Shown piece by piece: positions 1 to 12,473 of a stretch of DNA of 64,000 bases (position 1 is its first letter; each line of letters starts with the position of its first letter). A model generated the notes under the pieces. It worked only from the letters and a program-made list of their open reading frames with translations, did not search any database and had not been told where the DNA came from. The stretch covers positions 480,001 through 544,000 of the forward strand of contig CAWJQU010000005.1 of NCBI GenBank assembly GCA_963845145.1. Direction: 5' to 3'. Made by a program: the position numbers and the translations under genes. Origin of the DNA: an uncultured delta proteobacterium. GTDB lineage: Bacteria > Desulfobacterota > Desulfobacteria > Desulfobacterales > QNYZ01.

Positions 1-282
1 CAAATGCGATGGATCATTCTGGGACTTCGTCTAAAAATCTGGCGGAAACGGGGAATCGATATGGTTGTCACCCATGCCCCGCCACGATTTATCCACGATC
101 AGGAGGATTTATGTCATCGTGGCTTCAAAAGTTTTCGTAAAGTTATCGATCGATATAAGCCGGCGTACTTTTTACACGGCCATATCCATCGCGCTTTCAA
201 CCACGACAAGGAGCGCATCACCCTTTTGAATCAAACAAAGATCATCAATTGTTATGGTCATTATATTTTGGATTATCGATGA
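1..282 (+). CDS. Calcineurin-like metallophosphoesterase (C-terminal part, 5' truncated by window)
   Basis: VVTHAPP and LHGHIH motifs of Icc-like phosphoesterases; stop overlaps the next start (ATGA 279-282). Confidence 0.8.
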   Translation, partial: QMRWIILGLRLKIWRKRGIDMVVTHAPPRFIHDQEDLCHRGFKSFRKVIDRYKPAYFLHGHIHRAFNHDKERITLLNQTKIINCYGHYILDYR

Positions 283-1385
283 AAAAGACCCCATTGCATA
301 AACTGAAGAAATTATTGACCCCTCGGCGTGATCCTGACCGCGTGAGGTCATTCAAGGCCGACCAGGAATCCGAATGTGCCTATGACAGCGTGGTTCGCGG
401 TACCTGCCGGGTTTCTGTGGATAAAATCGTGGGAAGTGTGGGCCGGTACCGTGATTTCGATGGCAAATTCCATCCGAAACGGCATTTGCCCACCGATCGG
501 TATCTAAAAATTAAAGCCGCCATGTCTGAAGGAAAAAGCTTACCACCGGTCAAATTATACCAGATAAAAGATGAGTATTATGTGCTTGACGGCAATCATC
601 GTATTGCGGCAGCCAAAGAACTCAGGCACGATGACATCCGTGCGAATATCGTTGAATTCATTCCTTCACGAAATACGCTCACCAATATTTTGTACCGCGA
701 GAAGGCTGATTTTTTAGAAAAGACTGGGTTGCAAAATGATATCAAGCTTACCGAGCTTGGCCAGTACGCCTACCTTTTGCGACAGATCGAGACGCATCAA
801 CACTTTTTAACCGAATCCCGGAACAGCCCCATTTCCGTAAAAGATGCCGCGTCGGACTGGTACAAAACTATTTACCGCCCACTGGTGAGCATCATTCGCA
901 AGGGGCGATTGATTGGCCATTTTGAAAACAGAACGCTTGACGACTTGTATGCCTACGTGTCCTATCATCAGTGGGAGCAGGGGCGGAGACGAAAGTACGG
1001 CATCGGTATTGACAAATTGATCCCCAAGGATATGGAGGCTTTCAGAGAAAAAATGGCGAAGAAACAGGAATCGGAATATCCAGAAATGCTTCGGGAAATA
1101 ACGGCCTTTATATTGATGAATGTTCGCGCCAAAGATGAAAACCGCCTTATGAAAAAGCTTTTTTCTCTTTCGGAAGTTCGGGAAATTCACTCCATCCACG
1201 GAACCGTGGACTTCTTAATCAAGATCGTACTCACCCGCGACCTGCTCTCATCGGATGCTGAAATTATTTCACAATTCGTGACCGAGAGCATCCGTCATAT
1301 CCCGGAAGTGGTAAGCACCCAAACCCTGATTCCGGGGCAATCCATGATTAAAGATGATGAAACGACCGCGGGAAACCAGTCATAA
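279..1385 (+). CDS. ParB/Srx-like domain + DUF4032-like helical domain + C-terminal Lrp/AsnC ligand-binding (RAM) domain
   Basis: IVGSVGRYRDFD and LPPVKLYQ..YYVLDGNHR (ParB/Srx); C-terminal AFILMNV..EVREIHSIHGTVDFLIKI..IPEVVSTQTLI (RAM fold); start placed at ATG 279 by translational coupling. Confidence 0.75.
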   Translation: MKKTPLHKLKKLLTPRRDPDRVRSFKADQESECAYDSVVRGTCRVSVDKIVGSVGRYRDFDGKFHPKRHLPTDRYLKIKAAMSEGKSLPPVKLYQIKDEYYVLDGNHRIAAAKELRHDDIRANIVEFIPSRNTLTNILYREKADFLEKTGLQNDIKLTELGQYAYLLRQIETHQHFLTESRNSPISVKDAASDWYKTIYRPLVSIIRKGRLIGHFENRTLDDLYAYVSYHQWEQGRRRKYGIGIDKLIPKDMEAFREKMAKKQESEYPEMLREITAFILMNVRAKDENRLMKKLFSLSEVREIHSIHGTVDFLIKIVLTRDLLSSDAEIISQFVTESIRHIPEVVSTQTLIPGQSMIKDDETTAGNQS

Positions 1386-1445
1386 CTTCTGTTTCAGACA
1401 TGACAAGTCGTGTTTCTTCTTGCCAACAGCCAGCTTGTCGATAAA

Positions 1446-2795
1446 TCACGCCGCGGCCAGTCTTTTTAACCGACCATAAGCCTCCCAGGAAAACCCTTCC
1501 CGACGGCAGGGGAAAATCGCGTTATTGGTAAAAATCGGATCGGACGCTAGATCGTAGGGAGAGACCGCACAGGCTGCCTTCCACATGTCGGTATGGGGTA
1601 TGGGCGTGTAGTGGGCCAAAACCGGGTTTATACCGGTTTGTTTAACCGTCCTGATCGAAGCCTCCACCGATGCAACGGACTGATCGGGAAGGCCCACCAG
1701 GAGATAGGCGCCTATTTGTTGCCGGTTGAATCCCGCTTTTTTCAGACAACCCACGGCTCGATGAAATTCGTCCGGATTCACTTTGTGATCGATCATATTC
1801 CGCAAATGAAAATCAGCTGTTTCCAATCCGAGGCGCAGGGTCTTTGTACCGGCGCGACGCATCAAACATGCGACCCGGTCGTCGATTTCCCGAATATGGA
1901 TACCGTTGGGGGTATGCAGGCGGATATCGAGGCCGGTGTCAATGATGCCTTCGAAGATCGGCACAGCATGCTTCCCGGCATTCAGAAGCAGCGCATCATC
2001 ATAAAAGACGAAATCGATGACCCCGTGCTGGTGGTGCCAAAATTTTATTTCTTCTACGACATGTCGCGGAGATCGCCGCAGGTATCCCGGATTTAGAAAT
2101 TTAGAAGCACAATAGGTGCATTGATAGGGACATCCGATGGCCGTAAGTATAGGGATATATGTCGTTCGATGCTGAAGGTCAAAAGCCGGCCGGGGCCAGT
2201 TGTCGGGTTCTTGATAGTCCCATTGCCGGGTGGCCGCCCTATCTCCAATATGGTCGGCAACGAGGTTGGTTATCCCCGCAATGCCGGGGCCGGAAAAGAT
2301 CTGATCGGCGCCGACGGTTTTTTGGGCGTGATCCCGACATAAGGTTGCGTAAATCCCGCCGAGAATGATCTTGGTATCCGGAAACACATTTCTTACAGTG
2401 GCAATGGTTTCTTTCACACCAGGGTACCAATAGGTCATCAGCGATGTCACCAGCACCAGGTCCGGCGGATCAAGGGCGGACAAATCATCCGTCAACCATG
2501 CCGGTTTAATGCCATATCTTGAAAACCGCCTGGGAATATGCTCAAGGCTCATTGGTTTATCTATCGACGTTTTCAGATAGGGCCCGCGACCGTGCCGTAC
2601 CTTCGGATTCTGGGGTCTGGCTTTGGGGTGAAACCGGTCCAGGCAGTCGATGTACGACACCTTGTACCCGCTTTGGCGCAGAATAGCGGCTAGGGTTAGC
2701 AATCCCATGGGTTTGGCCCAAAAATCATAGGCGGCGAAATCGTGAATCCAGGGGTTGATCAGAAGGATATGCGGGTGATCATGCGTCACGGACAA
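1446..2795 (-). CDS. B12-binding radical SAM protein
   Basis: N-terminal cobalamin-binding-type region (PMGLLTLAA..ILGGIYAT) and CPYQCTYC motif. Confidence 0.85.
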   Translation of the reverse strand: MSVTHDHPHILLINPWIHDFAAYDFWAKPMGLLTLAAILRQSGYKVSYIDCLDRFHPKARPQNPKVRHGRGPYLKTSIDKPMSLEHIPRRFSRYGIKPAWLTDDLSALDPPDLVLVTSLMTYWYPGVKETIATVRNVFPDTKIILGGIYATLCRDHAQKTVGADQIFSGPGIAGITNLVADHIGDRAATRQWDYQEPDNWPRPAFDLQHRTTYIPILTAIGCPYQCTYCASKFLNPGYLRRSPRHVVEEIKFWHHQHGVIDFVFYDDALLLNAGKHAVPIFEGIIDTGLDIRLHTPNGIHIREIDDRVACLMRRAGTKTLRLGLETADFHLRNMIDHKVNPDEFHRAVGCLKKAGFNRQQIGAYLLVGLPDQSVASVEASIRTVKQTGINPVLAHYTPIPHTDMWKAACAVSPYDLASDPIFTNNAIFPCRREGFSWEAYGRLKRLAAA

Positions 2796-2799
2796 AGGA

Positions 2800-3273
2800 T
2801 CATTCGTCCGGGAAATAGATCATAGAGGTTTTCTTTAACTCCCGGCGACTGAATAGTTGCTGGTACTCTTTTACGTCCGTTTCAGCCGAAAGATCGCCGG
2901 CAATTTGGCGGCAGGCTTCCACATCGGTGGCGTGAATCATGGTGTAGAGATTATAGGGCCAATCCGGAGCGGGGTCGCGTCGATAACAATGGGATACCGC
3001 CGCATGGGCGGCCATTTTGTGACCGACCTCCTCGATCCGTGCCTCATCTACTTTCCAGGCGGTCATCGCATTGGCGGAAAAACCTGTTTTTTGATGACGC
3101 AAGGTGGCGCCAAACCGGCGGATCACCCCACGTCGGCCAAGATCTTTTAGAATATCCAAAAATCGATCTTCGGAAATGTCCAGCTTGTCCGCCATTTCCC
3201 GATAAGGCGACTGCGTGATGGGAATATCGCCCTGAATGGATGCGATAACTTTTTTTTCCAGTTTGGTAAGCAC
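2800..3273 (-). CDS. ahbB: Siroheme decarboxylase beta subunit (AhbB/NirH-like, Lrp/AsnC fold)
   Basis: IQGDIP..PY, IRRFGATLRHQ, NAMTAW, VSHCYRR..WPYNLYTMIHA, ELKKTSM motifs. Confidence 0.8.
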   Translation of the reverse strand: MLTKLEKKVIASIQGDIPITQSPYREMADKLDISEDRFLDILKDLGRRGVIRRFGATLRHQKTGFSANAMTAWKVDEARIEEVGHKMAAHAAVSHCYRRDPAPDWPYNLYTMIHATDVEACRQIAGDLSAETDVKEYQQLFSRRELKKTSMIYFPDE

Positions 3274-3304
3274 GGGGCGATTTAATGGTATCCCTAGTGA
3301 AAAG

Positions 3305-4435
3305 TCAAGTCGCGGCGGACCCGTTAGCGACGATTTTATCCGGAAACAGGCGCTGAATATCGGCCGCGTCAGGTTTACAAACGCCTCGCTCGGTAATCAA
3401 ACCGGTCACCAATCGGGCCGGTGTGACGTCAAAAGCATAATTGGCTACGGGGCTATCAGCCGGTGGCACGAGGACTTGAACGGTACGACCCTCAAAAAGG
3501 CCCTGCACATACCGGATCTCATCCGGATCCCGGGTTTCGATGGGAATCTGGGCCAATCCATCCCTTGAATGCCAGTCAAAAGTGGTCGACGGCAAGGCCA
3601 CATAAAAGGGGATATGGTTATCACGGGCCGCTAACGCTTTCAGGTAGGTCCCGATTTTATTGGCCACATCGCCGGTATGGGTGGTCCGATCCGTACCCAC
3701 GATCACCATATCGACCATACCGTGTTGCATCAGGTGCCCCCCGGTATTGTCGGCAATGACGGTGTGCTTGATACCGTGCCGGCCAAGTTCCCACGCTGTC
3801 AGGCGCGCACCCTGGTTCAAAGGGCGGGTTTCATCCACCCAAACATGGATGTCGATACCCGCTTCAAAGGCGGCATAAATAGGGGCCGTGGCCGTCCCAT
3901 ACTCAATACAAGCCAGCCATCCGGCGTTACAATGGGTCAGGACATTGACCGTTTTCCCCTTGTTTTTTGTGACCACCGACTCGATCAGCGGCAATCCGTG
4001 CTGACCAATCATTTCACAGTTTTTCGTTTCCGCTACAGCCAATTCCTCGGCGGCCTTGCGAGCCACCGCCAATCGTCCTTCGAATGTCGATACGGCCAGC
4101 ACTTCAGACAAAACTTTATCCACAGCAAATGACAAATTGACGGCCGTGGGCCTAGCGTCACGAATGGTTTTACAAGCAGTGCGAATCACATCATCCGATG
4201 TTGCATCACTTGAAGTGGCAACCGCCACATAAACACCAAAAGCTGCAGTAACGCCGATGAGCGGAGCGCCTCTGACCACCATTTCCTTAATGGCCATGAC
4301 GACTTTATCCACAGTGTCCAAATCGATGATGACCAATCGATGGGGTAACTCGCGTTGGTCGATGGCTTTTACAATCCCCGACGTTTCATCGAGCCAGATG
4401 GGTTTGAGTTTTTTTTCTTTTACTACCCTGGTCAT
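3305..4435 (-). CDS. mtnA: S-methyl-5-thioribose-1-phosphate isomerase
   Basis: MVVRGAPLIG, RPTAVNL, LTHCNAGWLA, DETRPLNQGARLTAWEL, NKIGTY; start ATG 4435 follows an AAGGA RBS. Confidence 0.92.
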   Translation of the reverse strand: MTRVVKEKKLKPIWLDETSGIVKAIDQRELPHRLVIIDLDTVDKVVMAIKEMVVRGAPLIGVTAAFGVYVAVATSSDATSDDVIRTACKTIRDARPTAVNLSFAVDKVLSEVLAVSTFEGRLAVARKAAEELAVAETKNCEMIGQHGLPLIESVVTKNKGKTVNVLTHCNAGWLACIEYGTATAPIYAAFEAGIDIHVWVDETRPLNQGARLTAWELGRHGIKHTVIADNTGGHLMQHGMVDMVIVGTDRTTHTGDVANKIGTYLKALAARDNHIPFYVALPSTTFDWHSRDGLAQIPIETRDPDEIRYVQGLFEGRTVQVLVPPADSPVANYAFDVTPARLVTGLITERGVCKPDAADIQRLFPDKIVANGSAAT

Positions 4436-4545
4436 GGGTGGTTCCTTTTTTGAGCTTTTTTGAAATGGCCCCTTTTTGAATTTGTATTCGCCCATATCCG
4501 GGCCATTTGATCAAGCCTGAATGATCAATAAATGTCAACTGAGGC

Positions 4546-5880
4546 CTATCCGATCGATCCGGGCCAATTTTCTTTCGGGGGGTTGAAATACCCGTGGAAA
4601 ATGTCCGGAAATTGCTTTTTCACCGTATTTAAGAGTCGGCGCATACCCACCGGCGGCCTTGATTCTTCCGGCAGAGGCATTGATTGCCAGTAACGCCTGG
4701 GATCAAAATTGAGATTGCGCCATTGGATCATGTGTATTGCATGGGTTTGAATAAATTGGGTTAAAGCCTTTAGCTCTTCCATTGAATCGGTGATGCCGGG
4801 ACTGTTTAGATAATTTAAGGCCACAAACCGACCCCGTGACAGAGCCAGATCGATGCTTTTTTGAACGTCATCAAACCGATACCCGTTGGGGCGAAAATAG
4901 GCCTTATATCCATCCGGGCGGACACTGTTCAAGCTGACACGAATACTGTCCAGCCCGGATTTGAACAATTTGTCCAGGACATCTGGTCGGCCGGCATTGG
5001 TGTTCATGTGAATCGTACCCTTAGCAGTCTGTTTGCGAATCAGGACAATGGCCGGTTCAATGACCTGTGCCGCCAGCAGCGGGTCTCCTTCACAACCTTG
5101 ACCGAAACTGACCACCGGCCGAGCCGCGCGGTCGATATGGGCCAGCGCCACTTCAGCGATCTCTTCAGCACTGGGCGTGAACCCAATACGTTCCTGGCTG
5201 GCGGCAATCCCGGTATTTTCTTGTAGAGAGAGACAACCCCGGCAGCGTGCATTGCATCTCCGGGATGTGGGTAGCGGCGCCTCATAGCGCCCCAAAAAGA
5301 AGTTCTTGGCGGCCGGGCAGCCGTAGTTCAGTGCACATTTTTCCAAGTGTAACCGCAATCGGTTTTGAGGCATTGCACGACGCATATGTTTGATACCGGC
5401 CCGCACTTTATCAGACGGCATGCGTCTTAAATCCTGGCGGGGCTCCGTATCGACCAACACCGCAGCACTTTGAAATGTTTCTCCCCGCCAACCAACGGCG
5501 CCATAAGAAAACATCGGTAACGGACCAGCCCCGGATCGTTCTTCATAGGCGCAGACATGGCTAATCATATAGCCGGGAGAATTGAAGACCGCGACTGGAA
5601 AAATGGGTTCACCCGGAGCATAAGGGTCTTCGGTAAGTGTTTCCACGCGCTGTTTATTGAGGTTATAGACGATGGGCCTTCTTTGGGGTAGGCGCATCAG
5701 CTCACTGCCATGGGGCATATCGATCGTATCGAACGCCGAAAGTGGCACGAACTCCCCGGCGGCCATACCCACCGCGGCATATCCGTCCAGCTCATAAATT
5801 TCCCCGGATCGGTTGGCGACAACGGCCTGAACATAGGGCGCTGCAGAACGATCGATTTTTGTCAGCCATTTCATTTTCAC
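4546..5880 (-). CDS. Radical SAM protein of unknown function
   Basis: CNARCRGC motif, SFGQGCEGDP, RVSLNS; long N-terminal extension. Confidence 0.8.
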   Translation of the reverse strand: MKMKWLTKIDRSAAPYVQAVVANRSGEIYELDGYAAVGMAAGEFVPLSAFDTIDMPHGSELMRLPQRRPIVYNLNKQRVETLTEDPYAPGEPIFPVAVFNSPGYMISHVCAYEERSGAGPLPMFSYGAVGWRGETFQSAAVLVDTEPRQDLRRMPSDKVRAGIKHMRRAMPQNRLRLHLEKCALNYGCPAAKNFFLGRYEAPLPTSRRCNARCRGCLSLQENTGIAASQERIGFTPSAEEIAEVALAHIDRAARPVVSFGQGCEGDPLLAAQVIEPAIVLIRKQTAKGTIHMNTNAGRPDVLDKLFKSGLDSIRVSLNSVRPDGYKAYFRPNGYRFDDVQKSIDLALSRGRFVALNYLNSPGITDSMEELKALTQFIQTHAIHMIQWRNLNFDPRRYWQSMPLPEESRPPVGMRRLLNTVKKQFPDIFHGYFNPPKENWPGSIG

Positions 5881-6150
5881 GGATTACCTGCCAGTTGCTA
5901 TAATCTTGAATTAAGCATAAAGGTGCATGTTATCGATCACTTGCATCTCTTTCCCATAATTAGGCGGGGCTTGAATTTTTCGCCTACTCATGATTTTACC
6001 AGAATACAAATGGTCGAAATCGGAATAAATCAATACCACTGAGGCTGGTAAGATTAACAAAGTTGAGACCTGATGTATATATCGGAATTGTCCGCGCTAT
6101 AGGGACCCCGATGCTGAGGTTTGGTAATAAATTGCGGAGAACGTATTGCA

Positions 6151-6984
6151 GTGAAGCGATATTTAAATGTGGCATTTTTTCTTTTCATCTTCTTATGTAC
6201 GGTGCCGGTGTCCGCCGAGGCGCCATCACCGCCCGGCCGGATAGACTGGTTAAACGGCAAAATCCAGGCCATGGGCGTTGCATATCCCCAAAAGAAAGAT
6301 ACCGACACGCCCCCCAATCCCTCTAAAATGTTGTCCGTTGCTAAAGTCGTTGCTCAGAATAACCTATTGAAAAAAATTAAAAATATTTCTGTGTCATCTA
6401 CCCAAAGGGTGGATATGATTGTCGGATCGGATCCGCTCTTCATGGCCAAGATTCAAAGTTTGATTAAAAATGCACCGGTCATCAGCCAGGCGTATCTCTC
6501 CGACGGCACGTTGGAGGTTGCCATCGAAATGGGGCTGTGGGGGGCTTTCTCACAATTGGTTTTACCTTTGGAGGTGAAGCCGATTGAAGCGATCACGTCC
6601 CTTAACCCGCCCGATGCGGAAAGTAAAATCCGATCCAATGTCGGCCGATGGACCGGATTGATCGTCGATGCCAGAGGACTGGATCTGCAACCAGCAATGG
6701 TTCCCTCGATCACGGATGATTTGGGTAGTCGTGTTTACGGAGCGGAGTTCATCAATCGTGATTTTGCCGTTCAATGGGGAATGTGCGGATATATCCGCGG
6801 TCTGGATGAACGCCTTCGGACCGACCGAGTCGGGTTAAAACCCATAATGGTAAAAGCGATACGTACCAGCGGTCCCCATCGCACGGATATCGTCATCAGC
6901 ACGGCTGATGCAGGCCGGATTCGAGCATTCGCGGAACATGTCGCTCTATTGCGCGAAGGCAGGATGATTGTGGTTACAGATTAG
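6151..6984 (+). CDS. Exported LPP20-like protein
   Basis: Signal peptide; IDWLNGKIQAMG and TGLIVDARGL.LQPAMVPSI motifs; likely GTG start at 6151 after GGAG. Confidence 0.6.
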   Translation: MKRYLNVAFFLFIFLCTVPVSAEAPSPPGRIDWLNGKIQAMGVAYPQKKDTDTPPNPSKMLSVAKVVAQNNLLKKIKNISVSSTQRVDMIVGSDPLFMAKIQSLIKNAPVISQAYLSDGTLEVAIEMGLWGAFSQLVLPLEVKPIEAITSLNPPDAESKIRSNVGRWTGLIVDARGLDLQPAMVPSITDDLGSRVYGAEFINRDFAVQWGMCGYIRGLDERLRTDRVGLKPIMVKAIRTSGPHRTDIVISTADAGRIRAFAEHVALLREGRMIVVTD

Positions 6985-7064
6985 ATTAAAAACCGTTTTG
7001 AAATTGTGCCAACGGTGACCGTCAGTCGGTAACACGTTAAAATTAGTTTCAGATGAGGGATGTT

Positions 7065-7367
7065 ATGTTTAAAAAAGGGTCGCTACTTTTCATCGCCGTA
7101 ATTATGCTGGCCATTCACGGCTGCGCACCAACCGTTTATTCTCCCAAAGCGCCGCTTGATACACCTTCGCGTCATGTGGAAAATGGGATCCGAATGCTCA
7201 ATGTCGGTAAGATTGACGATGCTTTTCGAGAATTTAACCGGGCCCGACAACTCAATCCCAAATATTCTCCCGCCTATGTCGGAATCGGTTTTTGCCATGG
7301 GTTGATGGGGGACTATGAAAAGGGGCTAAAAGCGATGAAAGAAGCCCGGCGTTTGACGAAACCATAA
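7065..7367 (+). CDS. Small TPR lipoprotein
   Basis: Lipobox LAIHGC; TPR-like DDAFREFNRARQLNPKYSPAYVGIG. Confidence 0.7.
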   Translation: MFKKGSLLFIAVIMLAIHGCAPTVYSPKAPLDTPSRHVENGIRMLNVGKIDDAFREFNRARQLNPKYSPAYVGIGFCHGLMGDYEKGLKAMKEARRLTKP

Positions 7368-7458
7368 GCGCTTTCCAAAAAACTCGAACAAGAAAACGCG
7401 AAATGGTTTTGAATCGTCCGTGTACTTTTTTGGATTACACGAAACGTCAGGCTCTCAG

Positions 7459-7501
7459 CCGTCCAGTCCTATATAAAATCCGTCCGGTCCTGATATAAAA
7501 T
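7459..7501. repeat. Imperfect tandem duplication of about 21 bp between convergent genes
   Basis: ccgtccagtcct-atataaaat followed by ccgtccggtcctgatataaaat. Confidence 0.6.
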
Positions 7502-7506
7502 CTGGT

Positions 7507-10159
<2,653 letters not shown>

Positions 10160-10260
10160 TGACATGTCTCCTTGTATCAAAATATTTTTTATAAACAATC
10201 ATTTGCGACGGGTGCCTGGTTGTAAGATTTGTTGACTTTTTCAATGCTTAATAAGGGCGA

Positions 10261-10289
10261 ATTCTAGTACGGTTCCACGGGGTTGTCAA
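10261..10289 (-). promoter_or_regulatory. Sigma70 promoter of metK-ahcY
   Basis: Minus strand TTGACA-N17-TAGAAT. Confidence 0.75.
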
Positions 10290-10329
10290 CCCGCACATCG
10301 TTTATAAAAATAAAGGTAACGATGGTTTT

Positions 10330-11274
10330 TTACCCCTTTTGTCCTGCAGAGTGGTTGCGATGATTGATGACATTTAATGCAACTGCACTGAAAACGATCA
10401 ACACGCCACCGATATAAAAGCGATGGCCCACGGATTCATTTAAAATCAGAATCCCGAGGATCGAGATAAAAATCACCTCGCTGGACATCAAGAGACCTCC
10501 CTCCCAACTTTTACAATAACGCAAGCCCTGGGTCATCAGCAACTGACCGGCTGTTGAAGTAAAAAGAATCCCACAGATCACCAGCCATTCCATTTTACCC
10601 TGAGGCCATTGGGGCGCCAGAAAAAAGGGGCCTATGGTGATCAGGGTACCGATCAGACAAAAATAAAAATAGATGATGACCGCACCATGCGTTTTTCTTA
10701 GCTTTGAGATGATACTGATCGTGAGGCCGGCCAACATGGCCGCCACAACGGCCATCATTTGACCGGACAGGTTTCCCGCAAATTGATAGTCCAGAATGAT
10801 CGCAACCCCGGCAAATGCCAAAAGTGTGCATAAAATGTCTGTCATCGTGATACGCTCGCCAAACAGCAACGGAGAAAAAAGCGTTGTAAAGGCCGGAAAA
10901 CTGTAAAACAGGACCATGGCTGTGGACAACGGCACCAAACGAATGGCGAGAACGACACATAAAAATGCCATCGAACCTGTTACACCACGTATTAAAATCA
11001 ACTTCGGATTTTTCGGCCTGAGAAGATCGACCATACGGCCGAAAAGGACGATAAGAATCAACCCACCGCCTGCAAATCGATAAAAAGCGATATCCCAGAC
11101 CCGGTACTCGGGCCCCAGAATCTTAATAAAGAGCCCCAAAACGGCAAACATGACCGCCGAGGCCAATATCAGCAATAACCCCCAGGCCCTGGCGTGTTCA
11201 CCACCGGAAACGGCAAGCACGCGCTGGGTGATAGCCTTTTTCACGCTATGTGACCTATCCTTCTTAAATGTCAA
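10330..11274 (-). CDS. DMT/EamA-family transporter
   Basis: About 10 hydrophobic helices in two repeats; FSPLLFGERI and ILILNESV motifs; start may be GTG 11244. Confidence 0.85.
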   Translation of the reverse strand: MTFKKDRSHSVKKAITQRVLAVSGGEHARAWGLLLILASAVMFAVLGLFIKILGPEYRVWDIAFYRFAGGGLILIVLFGRMVDLLRPKNPKLILIRGVTGSMAFLCVVLAIRLVPLSTAMVLFYSFPAFTTLFSPLLFGERITMTDILCTLLAFAGVAIILDYQFAGNLSGQMMAVVAAMLAGLTISIISKLRKTHGAVIIYFYFCLIGTLITIGPFFLAPQWPQGKMEWLVICGILFTSTAGQLLMTQGLRYCKSWEGGLLMSSEVIFISILGILILNESVGHRFYIGGVLIVFSAVALNVINHRNHSAGQKG

Positions 11275-11353
11275 CCAGGCTTAAATGTCAGCCAAGCACG
11301 GCAACGCCCCTCTGACAACCGATCGGTACCCTGTAAGCGGAAGCGGTTGTTGC

Positions 11354-11381
11354 TTGACGAACCGGTTTTCGATGTTAGAAT
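11354..11381 (+). promoter_or_regulatory. Sigma70 promoter for the DHH-sirC-ccsA-hemA operon
   Basis: TTGACG-N16-TAGAAT with extended -10 TG. Confidence 0.55.
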
Positions 11382-11465
11382 AACGCTTCATAAAGATTGG
11401 CAGCCAAAATAGCGTATGTTCGTTTACAAAACAATCATTTACATTTAAGCGGGGAATTAATACCG

Positions 11466-12455
11466 GTGGCGGTTTCGGCGACTCGCAAAGTTCAGCAATT
11501 ATACGGTCGGTTTCGCAAGGAGGATTTCGTCCTGATTGTCATCGTCGCCGACCCCGACGCCCTGGGCAGTGCCATGGCGGTAAAGCGTCTCCTCTGGCGA
11601 AAAGTGGCCGGGGTCGATATCGCCAGCGTGAACGATGTTGATCGGCCTGATAATCTGGCCATGATTCAACGCCTCGGAATCAAGCTGCTGCGTTTCGATG
11701 ATCTAAAAATGTCCACCTACTCGAAATTTGTCATTGTTGACTCTCAGCCGAATCACCATTCGGCCTTAACCCGGTTTACCTCCGATGTAATTATTGATCA
11801 TCACCCCGATACCAATGCCCAGGCGGCGTTCGCCGATATTCGTCCCCAGTATGGCGCTACAGCCTCGATTCTAACCGAATATCTGCGTGCTGCCCGCATC
11901 AAACCTTCCACCAGGCTGGCCACGGGCCTGTTGTACGCCATCAAGACCGACACACAAAATTTCGAACGGCAGACACTAATCGAAGATGTGCGGGCTTTTC
12001 AGTATCTCTTTCGCTTTGCCAATAAGCAGCTGGTTAATAAGATCGAACGTGAAGAGATTAATATCGCCTATTTAAAATATTATCGTCGGGCGATTGACCG
12101 CAAACGAAAACGCAAGGATTGGCTTTTCGTTCATTTGGGTGCGGTTGAAACGCCTGATGTCTGTGTATTGATTGCCGATTTTTTTATGCGCATCCAATCC
12201 GTCAGCTGGAGTGTCGTTTCAGGCATTGTTGGACAGACGCTGGTTGTGATCTTTCGTAACGATGGTTTAAGAAAAAACGCCGGGCGTGTGGCCAAGTTAA
12301 GTTTCGGGCAGCTGGGGTCAGCTGGCGGGCATAAGAGCATGGCAAGGGCGGAGATAAATCTGTCCGAGCTAAAAATGCAGGTGGCCTGCCGGGATGATGA
12401 AAAAATGAGTCAATGGATCATGCGCCAGATTCAAACCCGCGAACGACGACGGTAA
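11466..12455 (+). CDS. DHH-family phosphoesterase (NrnA-like)
   Basis: ADPDALGS, IVDSQ, IIDHH, IKTDT, AGGHKSMA; likely GTG start at 11466. Confidence 0.85.
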   Translation: MAVSATRKVQQLYGRFRKEDFVLIVIVADPDALGSAMAVKRLLWRKVAGVDIASVNDVDRPDNLAMIQRLGIKLLRFDDLKMSTYSKFVIVDSQPNHHSALTRFTSDVIIDHHPDTNAQAAFADIRPQYGATASILTEYLRAARIKPSTRLATGLLYAIKTDTQNFERQTLIEDVRAFQYLFRFANKQLVNKIEREEINIAYLKYYRRAIDRKRKRKDWLFVHLGAVETPDVCVLIADFFMRIQSVSWSVVSGIVGQTLVVIFRNDGLRKNAGRVAKLSFGQLGSAGGHKSMARAEINLSELKMQVACRDDEKMSQWIMRQIQTRERRR

Positions 12456-12473
12456 TAGATAGAGGATAGATAA

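Noticed and set aside
279..700. Chromosome or plasmid partition ParB
   Set aside because: No HTH, no parA neighbour and no parS-like palindrome seen; the domain context is different
2800..3273. Lrp/AsnC transcription factor
   Set aside because: The SHCYRR and YNLYTMIH motifs point to the siroheme decarboxylase subunit instead
7459..7501. CRISPR-like repeat
   Set aside because: Only two adjacent imperfect copies, no spacers and no cas genes
10160..10329. SAM or SAH riboswitch upstream of metK
   Set aside because: The leader is only about 95 nt from the predicted promoter and shows no riboswitch core I can recognise
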